This document shows positions 47,602-58,429 of a DNA stretch of 64,000 nucleotides, one piece after another; position 1 is the stretch's first letter; every line of letters begins with the position of its first letter. Both the position numbers and the translations under genes were made by a program. Below the pieces are notes generated by a model that did not search any database, had not been told where the DNA came from, and worked only from the letters and a program-made list of their open reading frames with translations. This stretch comes from a virus: IMG/VR virus record IMGVR_UViG_3300009157_000016, positions 32,001-96,000 of that record; one strand, given 5' to 3'.

Positions 47602-50600
47602 TTACCGGAGCCTATCCAACTCTCGTTGGAGCTCCAATCTGATTTCGCTGTCCAAGGTCCCGCGTCGCCGCCACAGGCGGACCAGCTCTCCCAAGTCAGC
47701 GCCGAACCCCTCAAGCCCTTGCGGACCTTCCGTCCTAAGGATTGAGTTCTTGACGACCTGGTCCACGCCTTTCAGCGCTGCGCTGGACAGCATAGCGACA
47801 ACGTGCGTAAGACCGATGACGTTCAAGGCACGATGGAACCGGTTCACGCCCGGCTAGCCTTGTAGCGCTTGGGGTCGGACAGGTAGGACTGCCACTCGCC
47901 CGAACCGATCTTGCGCATATAGCGCCGCTCAAGCCGGCGACCCACTGACAGGAAGATCCAGCTTGAGACGATCAGTATGCAGACGAAGCCTACGATCTCC
48001 CCCAAATTGTTCGCAATGACCATACCAAAGAAACTCATCCGCTTAGCCTCCTAGTTGGCGCGTTGTCAGGACATACCTTTCCTAGGTATTGTTCCTACTT
48101 CCTCAACCGTGATGGACGTAAGCTTCGTCACTTCCTCAGGTGACAAAGCGTTGAGGATGGTGAGGCCGCGCTCGACACAGCCTAGCGCGACGCCGGTGTT
48201 GAACAGCAAGTCGTCCTTGGTGACGTCTACACCCTTGCTGGTTCTGTCGTGGATGCTTTTCAAGGTGAGGAAGCACTCCTTGAAAGCTTTGATTGCTTCC
48301 TGATCCAAATTCGAAACCCTTTCTATGTTCGCCGGCCTGCTTTGCCGGCGTGCTTGGCGTTGAAATCTTCATCAGGCAATAGGCCGTCATCACCTTCATC
48401 CCCGACCCCGGAAAGGAAGAAGTCAGCCTCAGTAGGCTCACGCACCTTTACTTCGGGAAAGCCGATTTCCACGACGCCAACGACTTGCACGATCAACATG
48501 CGGCCGGGCTTGGCACTCCGTAGGTACTGCTTCTCAAGAAGCTGCCTGCCGTGGTTGGCTGCGTCTTCTTTGGTGTTGGCGAAGGTCCGTTGAATAGCGG
48601 ACACGCAGCAGAACTTCTCCATATCAATCTACCTCCTCACTTCTTCGCATGACGTCTATGACGTCGGCTAGGGCGGCCTTGACCGCCCGGTCTTCTACTT
48701 CCTTTTCCCATGTGGACGGATCATCCAGGTCGACAAGGTTGAGGCAGTAGTAGTTCGGCTTGTATTCTTCGATCCACGTGATGCCCCTGTTCGGGAAGGT
48801 AAACCCGAAGGCAGTGGCCACGGCCTTGAAGATCAGGTCAGGGGGCAGCGCGTCAGGTGCTTCAATGGAAACGCTGATATGCTTGCACAGCCCCACCGGT
48901 TGTTCTTCGAACGCAATGCTCGCTCGGTATATGGCGTCCAGTATGACGTATTCTGACTGCGGCCGGTGGTGATCCGGCTTGCGGTCAATGAGGCGGACCA
49001 AGGGCCGCGCTTCAATCTTGGTTGGGTTGAGTACGTCTTCGCCTAGCGGCTTCGCACGTGCTTTCGCAATGGCCTCAGCAATGCGGGCCTTGGTGTCGGG
49101 ATCATCGAGGTCCATTCTATCAATTTCCTCCTTCTTCAATCACGCCCGAAGCCGAGCGGGAGCTCTATGGTTTCGACCTCCTCGACGAACGTCTGAAATT
49201 CGTCAAGGTCAGGTGTGATGTCGATCTCACACGCAATAGAGTCAAGGTCTGTCGTGGTGTTGATCTCAATGGTGACTTCCAGGTCGATGTTCTGGACAGC
49301 CTCCAGCTTTTCACGGGTGGCCTCAGCCTTGGGCTCCTCCCATGAGTCGTATTCGGACTTGACGTCCTTCAACGACGACAGGGCGTCTTCAATCCGGCCG
49401 GTGTGAACGCCGGCCTTCTCTTGGAACTCGTCGTAGAGCGCTTGCAGGTCTTCGGTCAGCCGTTCCTTGAACGTGTTGACACGATCTTCGACCATGCTGC
49501 GGTATTCCTCAACCAGCGTCTTGAACGGCTCAAACGCATCGGCTAGTTCCGTGTGGGCCGCACTCCACCTGTCCTGTCTGCTCTTCTTTGCCATGTCATT
49601 CTCCTCTCGATAGAAAGTGCCACACGACCGTTCCTGTGTATAGGAACGTAGTCAGTATCCAGAAGTTCATGATCAAGCGGCTGATCTTAACTATGCGCAA
49701 CCAGTCATTGTATGTTGGAATGTTTCCAAGCTGGAGGAATAGACCAGCGTAGTTCTTGGACATATTCATCAAGCCGCGCCCCTGTAGGATGAGCGCCAGA
49801 AGTAGGGTGTAGGTGAATCCTACGGTGTACCAGTCCATCAGCGCCTCCTTTGACGGGGCGGCTCCTCACGGACTATCTCCACCCCGTGGATCATTAGACG
49901 TTCGTTGTGGACCATGTCCATAGGGTCGAAGCCTACCTTGTTGGCATCTTCCCACTTTACCCACTTGAACCGTTTTATCAGTTCGTAGAAGTGAGTATCG
50001 GACATGACTACGGTGAATTGCTTCAAGGACTGGTTCGTGTCACAGACGGACCTTATGTTCGCGCGTATGACCGCAGCAGCCAAGTCCTCAGGAGTGATGA
50101 AACCATCCTTGGGCTCTATTCTAGTCGGCACGTCCTGCGCAGTTGTCTCCTTGGGCATTGATTGATTCCTCCCCGGCTATACCCATCTGCGTCCGCCACA
50201 CGCGACGGTCAAGAGTCAGGTGGTGATAGGCGAACTTCTGGCAAGACCAGCTTTGCGCTCCCATCGTCAGGTAGCGGCAGCACTCAGCGCCCTGTCCCAT
50301 CTTGCACACCGCCTTGGCGTATTCGAAGTCGATCCGCGTGTCCAACTCAGGCTTCTCTTCCGTGAAATGAAAGAGGCCCGTCTGATGGTTGTGGACGACC
50401 CACCGGGCAAGTCGGTTCCCTATGTGGGCACCGGGGGTATTGTTCCAGCCAACGCGCTCGGCGTTGGCTGTAGTGTTTTCGTATATGGTTTGGAACTCAG
50501 CCATTACCCTCTCCCGTTGGTGCTAGGCCGGCAGTTGCTCTGTCGTCTCAGGCGGCGGTGGCGGCACGTATTCCTTGAACGTGACGTCCATTTCGAAGTC

Positions 50601-50873
50601 GTCCTCGGGATTCTCCACGGCCATGTTCCTGATGGACACGAAGGCGTGGGAGCCGTTGTAGGTCACCGCATAGATGGTCGGGTCAACCACGACGCCGTCC
50701 TTGGTGACTGTGTCCACGACGTTGTTCGGCGGCCGTGGCGCTTTGAGATTGACGTTGGCGACCGACTCCATCGTCTCGGTCATCGCGTACTCAACGTTGA
50801 GGACTTCAAGTTCCTCCTCTTCGACTTCAGTCTCTACGGTTTCAACCGGATCGTCTGCCAATTTAACCTCCAT
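47602..50873 (-). other. Array of about 10 small co-oriented hypothetical genes (47602-47847, 47844-48038, 48066-48308, 48323-48622, 48624-49139, 49136-49594, 49596-49838, 49838-50158, 50121-50504, 50523-50873)
   Basis: Tightly packed, coupled ORFs, most with RBSs; no recognisable family. Confidence 0.55.
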
Positions 50874-51540
50874 ACTTCCGCGCCAAACGTTGAGCCCAAC
50901 AGAGCTGTGAGGCGCTGACGTGTCGTCTATACCGGGTCCGCAGTATTCCAAAGTCCTTCATGATCTGTTCGTCGATGATGTCCCATATGTCGTGCCACGC
51001 CCAGTCCCATCTTGAGCCGGGTGGTGGTTCCCAGTCGAAGGCGTCAGCGTGAATGATCTCAACCTGATCCCCGTGCAAGTCCTTGAGATGAGGACCCACA
51101 AGGCGAATGATCCGCTTGTTGATCTCCACGACTGTCACATGGCTCACAGTTAGCTTCCGCAGAGCGGCGTCAACTGCCATGCCCAAGCCTAGGCCGGTAA
51201 TCAGGACGCGTCCCTTCACTGCGTTGAGCATGGGAACCAAGTCCGCGCATTCGTCCAGTGTGTCTGACATGACCACGCCGCGTTCGGCATGGATGAGGCG
51301 GGTGTATGTTCCGTGAGGGGTCCATCCGCGTTCCCCTTTGACCAGTCCGCGAGCCGCTACCATGTCGGGCGGCTCAACGAGCGTCCTGTCAATGGTCCAA
51401 GGACCTAAGCTCCCTTCCGGGACGCTGCATTCTGGAATGCGCTTGCGCAAGTCCGCAAGTTCCCTCTCCTTTTGCTTCTTGTAGCGCTCGATTTGTAGTG
51501 CGATGAAGTCCGCCGGGCTTGTCACGTGTCCTCCCTTCAC
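50863..51540 (-). CDS. Class I SAM-dependent transferase (spermidine-synthase-like fold)
   Basis: VMSDT..E, GRVLITGLGLG, VTVVEI, IIHADAF, WHDIW. Confidence 0.8.
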   Translation of the reverse strand: MKGGHVTSPADFIALQIERYKKQKERELADLRKRIPECSVPEGSLGPWTIDRTLVEPPDMVAARGLVKGERGWTPHGTYTRLIHAERGVVMSDTLDECADLVPMLNAVKGRVLITGLGLGMAVDAALRKLTVSHVTVVEINKRIIRLVGPHLKDLHGDQVEIIHADAFDWEPPPGSRWDWAWHDIWDIIDEQIMKDFGILRTRYRRHVSASQLCWAQRLARKYGG

Positions 51541-51600
51541 AGCAGCCGCAGCACTCCTTCGTGATACGGCAGCACATCCACTTGCAATCAGAAAACCTAG

Positions 51601-52830
51601 TCATGTCTCCCTCACCTGTCCTTTGACGTATCGCACCACGTCAACGGCGCGCACAACGAAGACGCTCTCAACGCCGTCGATGAGACTCATGGTATTGGCG
51701 GCCTCTAGGGCCGCCTTCTCCTCGTAGTGGATGAGACCAAGCGGCGAGCACGCCGCCTGTATCTCGGCCAAGTGACGCTTGCCGCGTACATGAAACGTAG
51801 GCTTGAGCAGGAACGTATCCTGTCCCATTTATCTCTCCTTCCAGTTCTTGGGGTAGTTGACCGAGCGACCTTCAACGAAGCGGGCCGACATCAACGAGTG
51901 GTAGACGTCAACCCGCGCGCAGCCGGTCAGCTTGGATAGTTCAAGGGCGGCCATCTCAGCCGCATGGCTGGCGTTGTGGCGCAGACCCACCTTCCTGATC
52001 TTGGCCATCTGCTTGCGATCAGGCTTGTGGTCTGCCTTCCACACCACCGCGATGTGATAGAACGTTTCTCCCATTCTCAGGTGCCTCCCTGTTACCGGTG
52101 TCATTTCAGGTCCCGTGCCGCAGGCGGGATCCCCACGTCAACGACGTAGTACGGGTCCGTGAGGCTTGTGAGCACCATTTCCACCTTCTCGACAAAGCCG
52201 GCAGCTATGCCCATGCAGAACAGGAGCTCCATCGAGTCACGATAGTACGTCCATTGCGTGCCGTTGCGCTTGCAATGGCCCATTGAGAACGCCCAACCGC
52301 CTCCCAGCTCCTTGTGGAACTGGTCGGGCAAGAAGCTCAGCATGAGACGTATGTGCTCCTTGTGGGCTTCTATGGCCTGCTTGTTGAAGGAGTATTCTTT
52401 CGTGACGCCGCGCACTTGAACAACGTTCTCAGGTGCGCAAGATGCGGAGTAACGACAGTACGCGTACGTCCGTTCCACATTGGTTGCAGTCAGGTCCATT
52501 ACTTCCTCCTGAACGGTGTGACGTTGTCGTGATTGGTGGTGGCCCCACGGCCAACCAGACCTTCATCTCCATACCGGTCATGACGGCAAGGAACTGAGGG
52601 TAGTCCGGGTCGTCAGTGCGAATGATGAAGGCGAGTGCCATAGCCGGCTGGAGACCGTCCTTGGCTTCAATCTCAATTACTTCGTACTCAGTGGAGTGAG
52701 GCTGCGGGAGCTTGTCTGCTTCTGTCCTTGCCACATTGACGAACTCAGAGGCCGCCTTGTGTGGGTCGTCAGTCAGGAAGACAAGTGTCCCGGTGTTGCG
52801 TTTGTAGATGCGAAACCGCATAAGCTGCAT
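51601..52830 (-). other. Four small hypothetical genes (51601-51828, 51829-52104, 52101-52499, ~52429-52830)
   Basis: Coupled ORFs with AGGAG RBSs. Confidence 0.5.
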
Positions 52831-53226
52831 CCTCCTCTCTTAAGCTGTTTTATCCTTCTTGCGCGTGTACGTGTTCCACGTCCAAGTCCAATTCTCTATC
52901 AAGAGAGTTCGACCTGTATCCACGGAAACCCCCCTACCCCCCTTAAGGGATAGAGGTGCTTCCCGTGGAACTCTATCAAGATGAGACAGACCTTGCAGAG
53001 CCACGGAGTGTCCTTGCGGATACACTATCCTAAGGTTTATCTAGGATGCGCCAACTAGGAGAGGCTTCGCCCTACCCTGCGCTTCGCCACCCGCCTAGAA
53101 CTGGGACGGTGGACTTCGGAACAGCGCTTGCTGGATGCTACCGGTCGTGGAACGACAAAACGCTCATGCAACGGCTGTTGATGAGCACATACCCTTCCGG
53201 TGATGATCTTGGGGGGCTAGGATGAA

Positions 53227-53261
53227 GGAAGGCCGGAACCGTGCAGGGGTTCCGGCCTCCC
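53227..53261. other. Strong stem-loop in the large intergenic region
   Basis: ggaaggccggaacc-gtgcagg-ggttccggcctccc. Confidence 0.6.
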
Positions 53262-53367
53262 AACTCTCGGTCAGCCATCGGGAGAGGGCATGAGAGTGTC
53301 GCGAGCCAAGCGACAGGGCCTACCTAGCAAAAGCCGGCTAAGGACGCAACATGATTTGGGAATCGCA

Positions 53368-54357
53368 CTACGCTCTCAGGTGTGCTTCTGTCACCTTGGG
53401 CTTCTGGTTCGGGTTCTCAGGGTCCCAATTGACAAAGTAGGATTCAACCAGCTTGGCTTTCTTCACCTGCGGTCGCTCCGGATCGTTCCGTGGCCCATGC
53501 CAGTAGTAGTTGATGTACGCCGGACGGATGTGAAACTGCTGCTTCCAGCCGGGAGACTCACGCTTAGTCCCGTCCCGGCTGTAGGTGTGGGCGACGCGTA
53601 TCACTGTATGCCGTGGTATGGGATGCTTTCGCGCCTTGTGTCTCGCCTTATTGAGACGGGTTGGCTCTATGACTTCCTTATGAACGCCGCGTGTATTCAG
53701 CAAGACGATCATTGCCTCAAAGGCGTCCTTGCATGGCAGGAAGTCCTGAAAGCCGATGTCAGTTATGATTCGTGCCGCTTCCGGCCCCGGTTCAACGTAG
53801 GGCGCTGGCCCGGTCATGTAGTGGACGCCGAAGCCAGTCTCACCTCCCGGTACGCCTTCAATGTCTGCTTCGGTATCGAAGGCCAACCAATAGGTGCCCG
53901 GCGAAAAGATCAAAGTATCCTTTCCTTCCCAATTCACTAGCCTGAAAAGAATTGCCCTGAACGGATGATATACCTCCTCAATGGACATCTTTTCTTTGGT
54001 CTGCCGCTCGTGCAGCACGACGAAGTTATGCACGGTGCCCAAGCCCTGCTTGGTCCGGCCGTCAACCTCGCACATGACGTCGTGGAACGGAAGGCGAGCG
54101 ATGCCGGCCGCGTGCATGGCCTCAAGGCTCTTGGTAACGTCAGGACGACCGCATATCTCCATGAGGCTCGGTTCCACGTAATACTTGGGAGTGTCCTCAA
54201 GTATGTCGAAGAGCGACTCCATCTCGTCGTAGGCGCGCGTGTTCTTATAAACTTCCAGCAAAGGCCGTGATCCCGGCCCCTGCTTGATGCCTACGCGGCC
54301 CGATGCGAGCGTCTCCCGGCAGCGGTGCCACCGCGTTCGGATGTTATCCCCTTTCAC
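53368..54357 (-). CDS. Hypothetical protein
   Basis: AAGGAGG RBS before GTG; C-terminal FHIRPAY..WHGP..FV pattern. Confidence 0.6.
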   Translation of the reverse strand: MKGDNIRTRWHRCRETLASGRVGIKQGPGSRPLLEVYKNTRAYDEMESLFDILEDTPKYYVEPSLMEICGRPDVTKSLEAMHAAGIARLPFHDVMCEVDGRTKQGLGTVHNFVVLHERQTKEKMSIEEVYHPFRAILFRLVNWEGKDTLIFSPGTYWLAFDTEADIEGVPGGETGFGVHYMTGPAPYVEPGPEAARIITDIGFQDFLPCKDAFEAMIVLLNTRGVHKEVIEPTRLNKARHKARKHPIPRHTVIRVAHTYSRDGTKRESPGWKQQFHIRPAYINYYWHGPRNDPERPQVKKAKLVESYFVNWDPENPNQKPKVTEAHLRA

Positions 54358-54531
54358 TTTCGCCTCCTTGTTGCAGTGCCCAAGGTGTACCCAAGCCAAA
54401 GGGAGAAGCCGGCCATGAGGCCGTCTATAATGAAAACCCACGAAGGGTATCCAGCCCGCAAGCTTGAGAACATATTGACGCTGGCTCCTATGATCCAGAT
54501 GACAGTGAGTTGCGCAGTGGTGCGACTCATG

Positions 54532-55008
54532 TCACCCCTCCCTAGCTGGAAGCTGCATCAGCTCCTTTGCCATGTTGGCGGGCAAGTCAGCCTTGCCGCC
54601 GAGGAACGTCCGCTGGTTCCGCCACACGATGATGACGTGGTAGCGTTCGCGTAGCTTCTCAATGGCCGCTTTGACACGGCCTTCGTTCCATGCGTTAGGA
54701 TAGTCCTTGTGGACGTGAGCAACGATGATGGTCTTCTCATGCGTCCCTATGAACATGACCTTGGCCCTGTCCGGACGCAAGGACTCATCCGGCCAGTCAG
54801 TTTGCAGCCAAAGGCATTCGAAGTCCTGACAGGACTGGGGCCGGCTGGGATAGATCCCGCAGCCGACACCTTTCTTGGCGTGGGGACACCACCGGTCCTT
54901 CGGCTTATCCAGTTCTGTGACTGCCATTGCTAGGCAGCAGAACGTGCATCCCCCACAGGTGTTCTTACCCAAATAGATACCTCCATAGCTTGAACTCCCA
55001 AGGGTCAC
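54532..55008 (-). CDS. YkgJ/CxxCxxCC Cys-cluster protein
   Basis: CGGCTFCC..WCPH..GCGIYPSRPQSCQDFECLWL..RPD. Confidence 0.85.
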   Translation of the reverse strand: MTLGSSSYGGIYLGKNTCGGCTFCCLAMAVTELDKPKDRWCPHAKKGVGCGIYPSRPQSCQDFECLWLQTDWPDESLRPDRAKVMFIGTHEKTIIVAHVHKDYPNAWNEGRVKAAIEKLRERYHVIIVWRNQRTFLGGKADLPANMAKELMQLPAREG

Positions 55009-55126
55009 CCCCGTTGTAGAGTTCTATCAACATGCCAGTCATGATGCCTATGATAAGGCCCATGACGCAAGGAAGGAGGATGGACCAGCCATCCTCCTTC
55101 CACGTTAGCCTCCTAAAGGCCACTCG

Positions 55127-55447
55127 TCAGGGCCTTGTGCCGAACGGCAGCTTGCCGCCTTCCAACTGGAGGGCGAGCGTCCGGAGCTTGGTGCTCACGA
55201 GCCTGCGGTTTTGGCCGAGGTCGGTGGCGTTGTAGATGCTGGTTGCCTCTTCGAGCGAGATACCGAGCATGTTGGCTAGGTGCTGCTCGTTGTCCAGAAC
55301 CGTGTCGTGCCACACGCCGAACCTGCGCTTGCAAAAAGCGTAAGCGCAAGTGTCAGGATTATCCATGCTGAAATCGTGCTTGGTATCCTGCTCAATGTCG
55401 TCGGCCAAAGCGCGCAGCTTGGCCGAAGGCGAAAGTGGTGCAAGCAT
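55127..55447 (-). CDS. Hypothetical protein
   Basis: AGGA RBS. Confidence 0.5.
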   Translation of the reverse strand: MLAPLSPSAKLRALADDIEQDTKHDFSMDNPDTCAYAFCKRRFGVWHDTVLDNEQHLANMLGISLEEATSIYNATDLGQNRRLVSTKLRTLALQLEGGKLPFGTRP

Positions 55448-55637
55448 TTCCTACTCCCTAGTCGGCAGACTCATTCAGCCCCGGAATGCCAATCCGGAAG
55501 ACGGCGGGCTTGCCGCCGTTTCGTCAGGTCAACGTCGTTTTCCTTTCCCGCCCGATCTAATCTCCCAGCCACGAAGCCTGCGGGCTATTTCGGTTTCGTG
55601 ACCGGCTTTCAGTTGCGCGAGCTGCTTGCGGCAGCTC

Positions 55638-56420
55638 TCAACCGACGCCAGAGCCGCCTTGAGGTTCTTGGCGTTCAGAGACAGGTCCAGCAGGCTGAAC
55701 GTCGTCTCCGTGATCTGGTGATGCTGCTCTAGGTAATCCTGGTAGTTGAATTCCACGCTCCCTCCTTACCTTGAACTTGACGGGCGGAACCACGATGTCG
55801 CGGTAGGCTTCGTCAATGTCAGGTGATTTCAGATACTCCATGACCTTTGCACGGCCTTCCTCGTCGTCAAGCTGGCGACCGTGTATCCAGTATTCGACCA
55901 CGCGGTAGGGCTGCTTGGGCTTGAACAAAGGAGCAACCGTTCCCTTGGTGAAGTCCTGTCCGACTGCCATGACGGCTACGAAGACCAGCGGCCGGTTTGC
56001 CATCTGAGACTCGTCGATCAACACCTGACCAGTTTCAAGAGCGATCTTGCCGTCAGCTATCTTGCCTATGATGGCCTTCTCAGTGGTGGCGCTGCGCTTG
56101 TATTTGGACAGCGCCAGCCACGGGCAGACCAAGAGCGCATAGTGGGCGCACTCAAAGTGCATGGGCGCGTCAGAAAAGAAGCCGTGGGGATGGAAGGCGG
56201 ACATAGGACCGCCAATGAACCACCGTCCACGGAAGAGCTTCCCGCCGCATATGCTGCACAGGTCGAACTTGGCGCACATGATACGCCTGTTCGTGTCGTT
56301 GATTGCCAGATGAGGGTTCCCGTTCTTATCTATCATCGCGACATAAAAGATCGGGTACCCCCGCGCGTCGAGCTTGAGATGCTGCATACGCGCGGGGATG
56401 GCTATGTCGGTGTGTGCCAT
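55638..56420 (-). CDS. Conserved Cys/His hypothetical phage protein
   Basis: RGYPI..CSICG..FIGGP..PMHFECAHYA..CPWL. Confidence 0.65.
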   Translation of the reverse strand: MAHTDIAIPARMQHLKLDARGYPIFYVAMIDKNGNPHLAINDTNRRIMCAKFDLCSICGGKLFRGRWFIGGPMSAFHPHGFFSDAPMHFECAHYALLVCPWLALSKYKRSATTEKAIIGKIADGKIALETGQVLIDESQMANRPLVFVAVMAVGQDFTKGTVAPLFKPKQPYRVVEYWIHGRQLDDEEGRAKVMEYLKSPDIDEAYRDIVVPPVKFKVRRERGIQLPGLPRAASPDHGDDVQPAGPVSERQEPQGGSGVG

Positions 56421-56421
56421 A

Positions 56422-56838
56422 CTACTCCTTTTGTCTACCAGACAGGACGGCGACCAGATGGATCAGGGCCTTCTGGCACGGCCTTGAGCAGGCGTTGAAG
56501 TCTGCCACAAGCCTTCCCACGACGGTCGCCGTGTTCAGCATGTCGTCGACCTCAGCGCTAGGTGCCGTCCCTCTATACTGCGGAGGCACCAAGTCGTTGA
56601 TGGACACTTCCAGCGCATGGGCCATCGTAACCATGCGGGAGAAGCTGAGCCGGTTGGTTCCCTTCTCATACTTCTGGATCTGCTGGAAGGTGATGCCGCA
56701 CTTGTCGCCGAGCTGTTCTTGGCTGAGCTCGCGCATCTTGCGCAGTTGCCGAATGCGGCTGCCCATCACGATGTCCTCCTGGCGAGGCTCTTTGACGGAC
56801 GTCGTTCCCTCAATGGCACGTTCCTTTGACTTGACCAT
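56422..56838 (-). CDS. XRE-family HTH regulator
   Basis: GSRIRQLR..LSQEQLG..GITFQQIQKYEKGTNR (alphaproteobacterial type). Confidence 0.92.
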   Translation of the reverse strand: MVKSKERAIEGTTSVKEPRQEDIVMGSRIRQLRKMRELSQEQLGDKCGITFQQIQKYEKGTNRLSFSRMVTMAHALEVSINDLVPPQYRGTAPSAEVDDMLNTATVVGRLVADFNACSRPCQKALIHLVAVLSGRQKE

Positions 56839-56906
56839 GTTCTCACTCCTACACGAACGGTATAGACCTGCGTAACCCTCACGCCGTTCACATGAGGCAG
56901 GATGCG

Positions 56907-57374
56907 ATGTCAGAGTTTGTCAAGCTAGTTGTCGACGGTTCATGCATACGTCAACAGGACTGCGGAGGCTGGGCCTACCGCTTCGAATGGCATGACCGTG
57001 TATTCAAGGACAGTGGCGGTGAGTTCCCCGCTACAAACAACACAATGGAATTGGAGGCTGCGCGCCAAGGATTGATAGCTGTCAAGCGCCACACAAGGCG
57101 TGACATCCATCTCCTTGTCATCAGCGACAGCCGCTACGTCACACGTGGTGCTTCGGAATGGCTTCCCCTCTGGCGTGAGCGTAGGTGGATCACACAAGAG
57201 GGCAAGCCAGTCTCAAATCGCTCCCAATGGGAGGAAATAGACCGGCTTGCTACGTGGTTTGATCGAGTTGTATGGAAGTGGGTGAAAGGACATCAAGGCC
57301 ACGAACTCAATGAGATCGTGGACGAGATGGCGCGGGACGCTGCGCGGCTTATGCAGCGTCAGCGTCCCGTTTAG
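56907..57374 (+). CDS. rnhA: Ribonuclease HI
   Basis: DGSC, GGWA, TNNTMEL, SDSRYV, W..KPVSN, WVKGHQGH..NEIVD. Confidence 0.95.
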   Translation: MSEFVKLVVDGSCIRQQDCGGWAYRFEWHDRVFKDSGGEFPATNNTMELEAARQGLIAVKRHTRRDIHLLVISDSRYVTRGASEWLPLWRERRWITQEGKPVSNRSQWEEIDRLATWFDRVVWKWVKGHQGHELNEIVDEMARDAARLMQRQRPV

Positions 57375-57639
57375 CGGACCTCACTCTCCAGAGGTCCAGT
57401 CCCGGTGTCTTGTAGCCGTTCCTTGCGGCCCACCTGAGCACCGCCTTTTCCTGAAAGCGGATCAGGTCACGCGGGTTAGGTCCCTCGCTTCGCGGGTTGT
57501 TGGGAATGCGGATCTCAAGTTCGCTGAGACCCTTCTGACGCCAGCGGAATAGAGCCTGACGGCTGACCTGAAAAATCTCCAGCAGGTCCTCCATCGTGAT
57601 CAGCTCTTCGATGGCGCTCTCCAGATCTTCTTGACGCAT
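57349..57639 (-). CDS. AlpA/excisionase-like HTH protein
   Basis: LITMEDLLEIFQVSRQALFRWRQKG..IRF..VLRW. Confidence 0.7.
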   Translation of the reverse strand: MRQEDLESAIEELITMEDLLEIFQVSRQALFRWRQKGLSELEIRIPNNPRSEGPNPRDLIRFQEKAVLRWAARNGYKTPGLDLWRVRSAKRDADAA

Positions 57640-57742
57640 GTCTACTCTCCTGTCGAATTTACCTGTCCAATACAGGGTTTGAGTTTCGTTTCCGACCGTG
57701 TATATCTGTCCCTCCGATGTGCTTTTCTTATCGGGTGTCCAC

Positions 57743-58429
57743 ATGCAGGGTAAAAATAAACGACGGGTTCGGCTAGACGACGAGCCGCGACCGAAGCGCG
57801 TGCGGGACATGGAGCCCGCCAACCGCGCCCGTGACCGGGCTTATCGAGATGCACCGCGCGACACGGAAGGTCGCATGATTCCCGGCTTTAGATACAAGCA
57901 ACTCGTCGATGCATACGAGTCCGCCGGGCTGGAGCCGCATGTTCAGCGGGTAGACGACGTCAGCTTGACGAAGCGCCCCATGTTCATCTCAAACCCTGAG
58001 AAGGGTAAGAGGCTGATCAAGCTGCTCCGCAAGGGGTTGCCTTACACCACGTGCTGTCGGTTGATCGGGATCAGTCGCTCCACATTCATTGAGTGGATGG
58101 TGAAGGGCCGTGAAGGGCATCCCCATTACGTTGACTTCTACGAGAAGATCTGCAAGGCGGAAGGCCAAGCAGAACTCAGCAGGCTCAAGGAGCTGCGGCA
58201 GGATGGTAAGGGCGACTGGAAGTCGTCTGCTTGGCAGCTCGAGCGCCGTTGGCCTGAGCATTGGGGACGCCGCGACGCAGTGCGTGCGGAAGTTGTCGCC
58301 AACGTAGAAATCAGCGTAAAGGGGAAAGAAAAGCTGGCGCAGCAGGTCGCCACCGACGAAGTGTCGCGCGAGCTTGCGCGCCGCATGATTGACGGAACGG
58401 AATACGGCTACGAGGACCTCAGCAAATGA
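57743..58429 (+). CDS. Terminase small subunit
   Basis: HTH LRKGLPYTTCC..GISRSTFIEW, WKSSAWQLERRWPEHWG; directly upstream of TerL. Confidence 0.75.
   Translation: MQGKNKRRVRLDDEPRPKRVRDMEPANRARDRAYRDAPRDTEGRMIPGFRYKQLVDAYESAGLEPHVQRVDDVSLTKRPMFISNPEKGKRLIKLLRKGLPYTTCCRLIGISRSTFIEWMVKGREGHPHYVDFYEKICKAEGQAELSRLKELRQDGKGDWKSSAWQLERRWPEHWGRRDAVRAEVVANVEISVKGKEKLAQQVATDEVSRELARRMIDGTEYGYEDLSK

Noticed and set aside
56422-57639. XRE and excisionase-like genes as a lysogeny module
   Set aside because: No integrase, att site or partition genes in the window.
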